A stretch of DNA of 58,970 nucleotides from Flavobacteriaceae bacterium (GTDB lineage Bacteria; Bacteroidota; Bacteroidia; UKL13-3), in contig JANYDJ010000160.1 of the NCBI GenBank assembly GCA_025363675.1, forward strand, positions 1-58,970, read 5' to 3'. Shown one piece after another: positions 55,038 through 58,970 of the stretch. Every line of letters begins with the position of its first letter. Positions within the stretch are counted from its first letter, which is position 1. Made by a program: the position numbers and the translations under genes. The notes under the pieces were generated by a model. The model was not told the DNA's origin. It saw nothing but the letters and a program-made list of their open reading frames with translations, and made no database searches.

Positions 55038-57758
55038 TTGGATGATGTTGCCTATGATATTGGAGTAGACATATATGGAAATATATTTATTACTGGACAA
55101 ACAAGGAAATTAAATAACGGTATCGATTTTATTACAAAAAAATACAACAGAGCGGGGACTGAACTGTGGAGTAACAGATACCCTGCCGATGATGAAACCA
55201 AATATGCTAAGGCAAGCAAGTTGTTTGTAAAATCAAATGGGAATGTAATAGTTGCTGGAACTGCTGATAGGACCAATAATTCAGATATAGTTGCAATAGA
55301 ATATGATTCTGTTGGAAGTATTAAATGGGAAAAATATTATAATGGCTCAGGAGACACCAATGATATGGCACTTAGTGTAAAATGCAACAATACTGGTTCT
55401 GTATATATTACCGGAATGTCGAGAGACTTATATGATACTATGAGATATGCAACTATTAAATATGATTATGATATATTAGATCACGAACAGGTTTTAGACA
55501 CAGTTTCAGATACGTCGCAAACTTTATTATACATGAAAGGCGAGATAGTGGCTAGTTTTAAACCTGAGTATGTGAACACAGCAATAGTTGATGATATAGA
55601 ATGGCAATCTGGTATGCTTGATGAAGTTATTCTTGATTCGAATTATGTAAATATGGTATATGAAAAATTGGGGTTGGGGAGTAACTATGAACCTGGCTTG
55701 AAAGTCTATAAGATATTTAAACGCTTGACAACAGGGGACAGCCTTTCTATAACTAGATTAGGAGATACTATCCACATGGAACCATTATGGAGTGCTTTTG
55801 TTTTGGCTATTCCAAGTTCTTTGGGCACTCTAGCAGCAGCCGATAGTCTAAATAGCCTCGATACAATTATTGAATTTGCAGAGCCTAATTATGTGTGTAT
55901 GGGAGCAGTTAGTACCTATGATCCATATTATAGCGAGCAACACTCATTATATGCAAGGTCAACAAATCTAGATGAAAGTATTAATATCGGCCCGGCATGG
56001 GATATTGAAACCGGCAAAAACTATGTTAAGGTTGGCGTCTTGGATTCACCTGTCGATTGGCAACATGAAGAGTTTGGAAATGGTACTTACTCTGGATCTA
56101 AAATTAAAGGTGGAAGGGACTATGTAAACTCTGTAAATGCAGACAAATGGCAAGATTTTGGCGACCATGGAACGGCTTGTGCAGGCATTATTGGTGCATT
56201 TAGGAATAATTACAACTCTAATACTAATGCCTATATTGGAATGGCTGGTATAGCTGGTGGCTCTTTGGGTACTTTTATGAATGGCCCTGCGGGTGTTAAT
56301 CTATATTCATTAGCGATTTTTCAACCTAAGATGGATGGGGGCACTGAAGCTACTATGTCAGATGGCCTAACAGAAGCTTCTTCTTCTTCAACGAACTCGT
56401 ATGGGTTTGGTTTGCATATTGCTAGCTGTAGTTGGATAACACCAGATAACGGCAAAATGCTTTTGAAAGCAGTAAGGAATTGTTATTTAAACGGCTGTGC
56501 TGTTTTTGCAGCAAGAGGGAATATACCAAATAATGTTGGTGTTACGAGCTTAACGGCAAAAATGTACCCAGCATGTTATGGTGATAGGTTGGTATTTAAT
56601 ATTGGAGGAAGTGGGACAGATGGAAAACATAAAATGAACGGATATAATGGAGATGCTTATAGTGAATCTATGTATGATAATGGTGTAGATGTGATAGCAC
56701 CTGGCTCAGCAGATATTGTTTTAACTACAGCCGTTCATAACCCCCCTTTACAAGGGGACGTCTATAGTGCTGATTCAAAATACCAATGGTTTAGCGGCAC
56801 TTCTGCTGCCACCCCCCATGCTGCTGGTGTTGCTGCGTTGATGATGAGCAAGCATAACACCAACAACAACAATAGCTATCCGAATAACCTTCACCCTGAC
56901 GACGTAAAACAGCTATTTAAAAAATATTCTGATGATGTAACAGGTGTAAGTCCAGACCCACCACAAAAATACACCTATGCAACGGGTTATGATATATACA
57001 CAGGATGGGGGCGTATTAACGCTGGTAATTTATTGGTACAGGTCGATAAAAGTAAAGGGCATTTTATACAACATCTTAAAACTCCTACAAAAGTTACAAC
57101 AAGTGCCAGTAGCCCTAGCGGTGTGTTTTTAAGAGACCCAATGAATAGTGCCGGAACCGGGACCTATGATGGTTACCTTTGGACTGTAACACATACTTAC
57201 AATTATACTCTCCCTTCCAGTACTTATCAGATTATTGGTAACTGGCCTATTAATTGCCTCGACAATCTGGGTCTTGGGAGCAGCACTTATATCACAAATA
57301 CACCATTTACATCTAGCACAGTAACTGTATCTGGGTTGAACGTCACTGTAGTCACAGTCACTTATTGTTGGCATTTGACTTATAAATACGGCAATGGGGC
57401 TACAGATTATTGGTTGCCTCAATATGTTGACGATATTTCTGAAGACTGGTCATTGCAAATGTATGACCCAACACTTACTTCGGTTGGACAAAAACCAATA
57501 ATTGCAGTAAGTGAATTAATAATTTATCCCAACCCTTCATCAAATATTGCAAACATAAACTATGGTTTCAATTATGAACCAAAAACATTGAATATTGATG
57601 TTTACGATTTAACAGGTAAATTTGTATCGCATATACAAAATTATAAGAAAAATACAGACAATATTAGTTTCGATATTGGGGATTGGGGGGCTGGGCTTTA
57701 TATAGTAAATATAAGAACAGATAGGGAGACACTGGTGAGAAAGTTTATTAAAGACTAA
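55038..57758 (+). CDS. C-terminal fragment: beta-propeller repeats + subtilisin-like S8 peptidase + T9SS sorting domain
   Basis: 906 aa from a TTG start. The S8 triad contexts are VGVLDSPVD, GDHGTACAGIIGA and SGTSAATPHAAGVAALM. The C-terminus is LIIYPNPSSNIANINYG...VYDLTGKFV...GLYIVNIRTD...KFIKD. There is no signal peptide of its own. Confidence 0.85.
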   Translation: MDDVAYDIGVDIYGNIFITGQTRKLNNGIDFITKKYNRAGTELWSNRYPADDETKYAKASKLFVKSNGNVIVAGTADRTNNSDIVAIEYDSVGSIKWEKYYNGSGDTNDMALSVKCNNTGSVYITGMSRDLYDTMRYATIKYDYDILDHEQVLDTVSDTSQTLLYMKGEIVASFKPEYVNTAIVDDIEWQSGMLDEVILDSNYVNMVYEKLGLGSNYEPGLKVYKIFKRLTTGDSLSITRLGDTIHMEPLWSAFVLAIPSSLGTLAAADSLNSLDTIIEFAEPNYVCMGAVSTYDPYYSEQHSLYARSTNLDESINIGPAWDIETGKNYVKVGVLDSPVDWQHEEFGNGTYSGSKIKGGRDYVNSVNADKWQDFGDHGTACAGIIGAFRNNYNSNTNAYIGMAGIAGGSLGTFMNGPAGVNLYSLAIFQPKMDGGTEATMSDGLTEASSSSTNSYGFGLHIASCSWITPDNGKMLLKAVRNCYLNGCAVFAARGNIPNNVGVTSLTAKMYPACYGDRLVFNIGGSGTDGKHKMNGYNGDAYSESMYDNGVDVIAPGSADIVLTTAVHNPPLQGDVYSADSKYQWFSGTSAATPHAAGVAALMMSKHNTNNNNSYPNNLHPDDVKQLFKKYSDDVTGVSPDPPQKYTYATGYDIYTGWGRINAGNLLVQVDKSKGHFIQHLKTPTKVTTSASSPSGVFLRDPMNSAGTGTYDGYLWTVTHTYNYTLPSSTYQIIGNWPINCLDNLGLGSSTYITNTPFTSSTVTVSGLNVTVVTVTYCWHLTYKYGNGATDYWLPQYVDDISEDWSLQMYDPTLTSVGQKPIIAVSELIIYPNPSSNIANINYGFNYEPKTLNIDVYDLTGKFVSHIQNYKKNTDNISFDIGDWGAGLYIVNIRTDRETLVRKFIKD

Positions 57759-57764
57759 TGTTTT

Positions 57765-58718
57765 ATGAAAAAGGTAAGAAGTTTTATACCAGTTATATTA
57801 TCGCTCCTGGCAATATTCTCAAGTTGCCACAAGGACCAGCAAATACCTTTGCAGCCCTATCCCAAAAATTGCCAAGATAATGGTTTTGACACCATGCCAT
57901 ATAGTTATGGGGAACCTATGATATATGCCGATAGCCTAAATATACAGTTCCCCTATTTTAATCCCAATAACCCTAACGAGATTATTTATTATCTGGGTTA
58001 TAGACGGGAATTGATTAAATACAATATTGCAAACAAAACAAAGCAAATTTTATACAAAGGGCAGCTTTTCAACAGGGCCAAATGGAGCAGAAAGGGATGG
58101 ATGCTGATTCCTGCGGATGATGGGCAGATATGGAAAATAAAAGATGATGGCACACAGTTGACCCAACTAACTTTTGGATCAATGGGGCATCTTTATCCTG
58201 AATGGAATATGGAAGGCACCAAATTTGGGTGTTGGGCAGTTACTAAAGGGAATAGTTATACGATTATTTATGATGAATTTGGGGCTGCTATTGATAGTTT
58301 GAAAAGCCCGCTAACAGGTTGTTGGCAAGGTAGGGATACAAACATACTATTGGGTGCGGGCGGCAGTGCAATAGGCTATACAGATATTCGGCAAGATTCA
58401 TTCATCTTATTGTTTCGATGGCCACCGAGCAATCAGAATGAATTTCATGATTCCTATTGGATGCAGGATGGGATTAATGCCATCGTAGTTGCAAATAATG
58501 GAATATATTCATTTAACACGCAAACAAAAAAACTAACTTTTTTAAAACAATTCTGTCCGCATGATTACTATTATTCTCTATCTATATCATATCAGTCTAA
58601 TAAAATTTTATTGCAAAAAAGCACTTGGTATTTTGTAGGGAATAATAGAGTTTTTATTAAAACCAAGTTGGTACTAATGAACCCTGATGGAAGCGGGGAA
58701 ACGGAGATAGAGATATAG
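57765..58718 (+). CDS. Lipoprotein, TolB/PD40-like beta-propeller (hypothetical)
   Basis: 317 aa with lipobox-like LLAIFSSC and repeated W/G-rich blades (DGQIWKIKDDGTQLTQLT...YPEWNMEGTKF). It starts 6 bp after the peptidase gene. Confidence 0.7.
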   Translation: MKKVRSFIPVILSLLAIFSSCHKDQQIPLQPYPKNCQDNGFDTMPYSYGEPMIYADSLNIQFPYFNPNNPNEIIYYLGYRRELIKYNIANKTKQILYKGQLFNRAKWSRKGWMLIPADDGQIWKIKDDGTQLTQLTFGSMGHLYPEWNMEGTKFGCWAVTKGNSYTIIYDEFGAAIDSLKSPLTGCWQGRDTNILLGAGGSAIGYTDIRQDSFILLFRWPPSNQNEFHDSYWMQDGINAIVVANNGIYSFNTQTKKLTFLKQFCPHDYYYSLSISYQSNKILLQKSTWYFVGNNRVFIKTKLVLMNPDGSGETEIEI

Positions 58719-58759
58719 TTCTATTATAATATTAAACCAAGCGTTTTTGAAACTAGGTT

Positions 58760-58846
58760 ATGCTGAATTTATTTCAGCATCTCTACCTATTCCTTATATT
58801 CTATGATTAATTTTCTCCAAATGAGATGCCGAAACAAGTTCGGCAT
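58760..58846. repeat. Inverted pair of ATGCYGAA-N4-TTCRGCAT hairpin repeats
   Basis: ATGCTGAATTTATTTCAGCATCTC lies at 58760-58783 and GAGATGCCGAAACAAGTTCGGCAT at 58823-58846. The second equals the reverse complement of the first apart from loop changes and a compensated stem pair (T-A versus C-G). Confidence 0.75.
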
Positions 58847-58970
58847 GCCGGAATTCGTGTTCAGACTGAGTGCTATCTCCCCATCAAATACCCATTCACT
58901 TCCAACAATAATTTCCTAGCTTTTTCCGTTTTATATTTCTGTGCAATTTCTTTGGCATGCACTGCCCCGC

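Noticed and set aside
1-58970. Search for rRNA, tRNA, tmRNA/SRP/RNase P RNA, transposases, integrases and prophage genes.
   Set aside because: No intergenic region shows tRNA-like cloverleaf signatures or conserved ncRNA boxes that I can recognise by eye, and no ORF has transposase or integrase motifs. Absence is by inspection only; tRNAscan-SE and Infernal would be decisive.

Overview
This window is a 59-kb chromosomal segment from an AT-rich member of the Bacteroidota. The phylum assignment rests on a fused lpxC/fabZ gene, three proteins with T9SS-type C-terminal sorting domains, TAnnTTTG-type promoter boxes and near-absent Shine-Dalgarno signals.

Housekeeping genes:
- nuoA-nuoF on the minus strand; the run stops after nuoF.
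- A thiolase.
- lpxD, lpxC/fabZ and lpxA, with three unrelated genes inserted before lpxA.
- rfbB, a prolyl oligopeptidase, gmhA, secA, panC and kdsB.

Accessory content:
1. A translationally coupled ABC/AAA_21-type ATPase plus small TOPRIM-like protein sits between secA and panC. It resembles split OLD-family, PARIS or AbiL defence modules. I rate it the best candidate for an uncharacterised system.
2. A 1125-aa single polypeptide fuses GH18-like, CE4 deacetylase and processive GT2 synthase domains. A putative outer-membrane barrel and an OmpA-domain protein follow it.
3. A separate overlapping NodB/NodC-like CE4+GT2 pair lies divergent from a TolC+HlyD pair that has no pump gene.
4. A 1202-aa TraB/GumN protein is followed by a CPBP intramembrane protease.
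5. An SBBP-repeat/S8 peptidase T9SS cargo gene is split by one in-frame TGA that aligns with a conserved Gly.
6. A Cys-rich secreted protein has a start region containing a C9 tract, with the only upstream ATG out of frame.
7. A tiny Lys/Cys-rich secreted peptide has a structured leader.

Two intergenic repeat families are visible by eye. One is a hairpin with an invariant 12-nt loop and covarying stems. The other is a palindromic element whose arms are built of 7-nt periodic repeats around a CCATACGGC core.

I recognised no rRNA, tRNA, CRISPR array, transposase or integrase. All family assignments come from motifs read in the translations; no database search was run.
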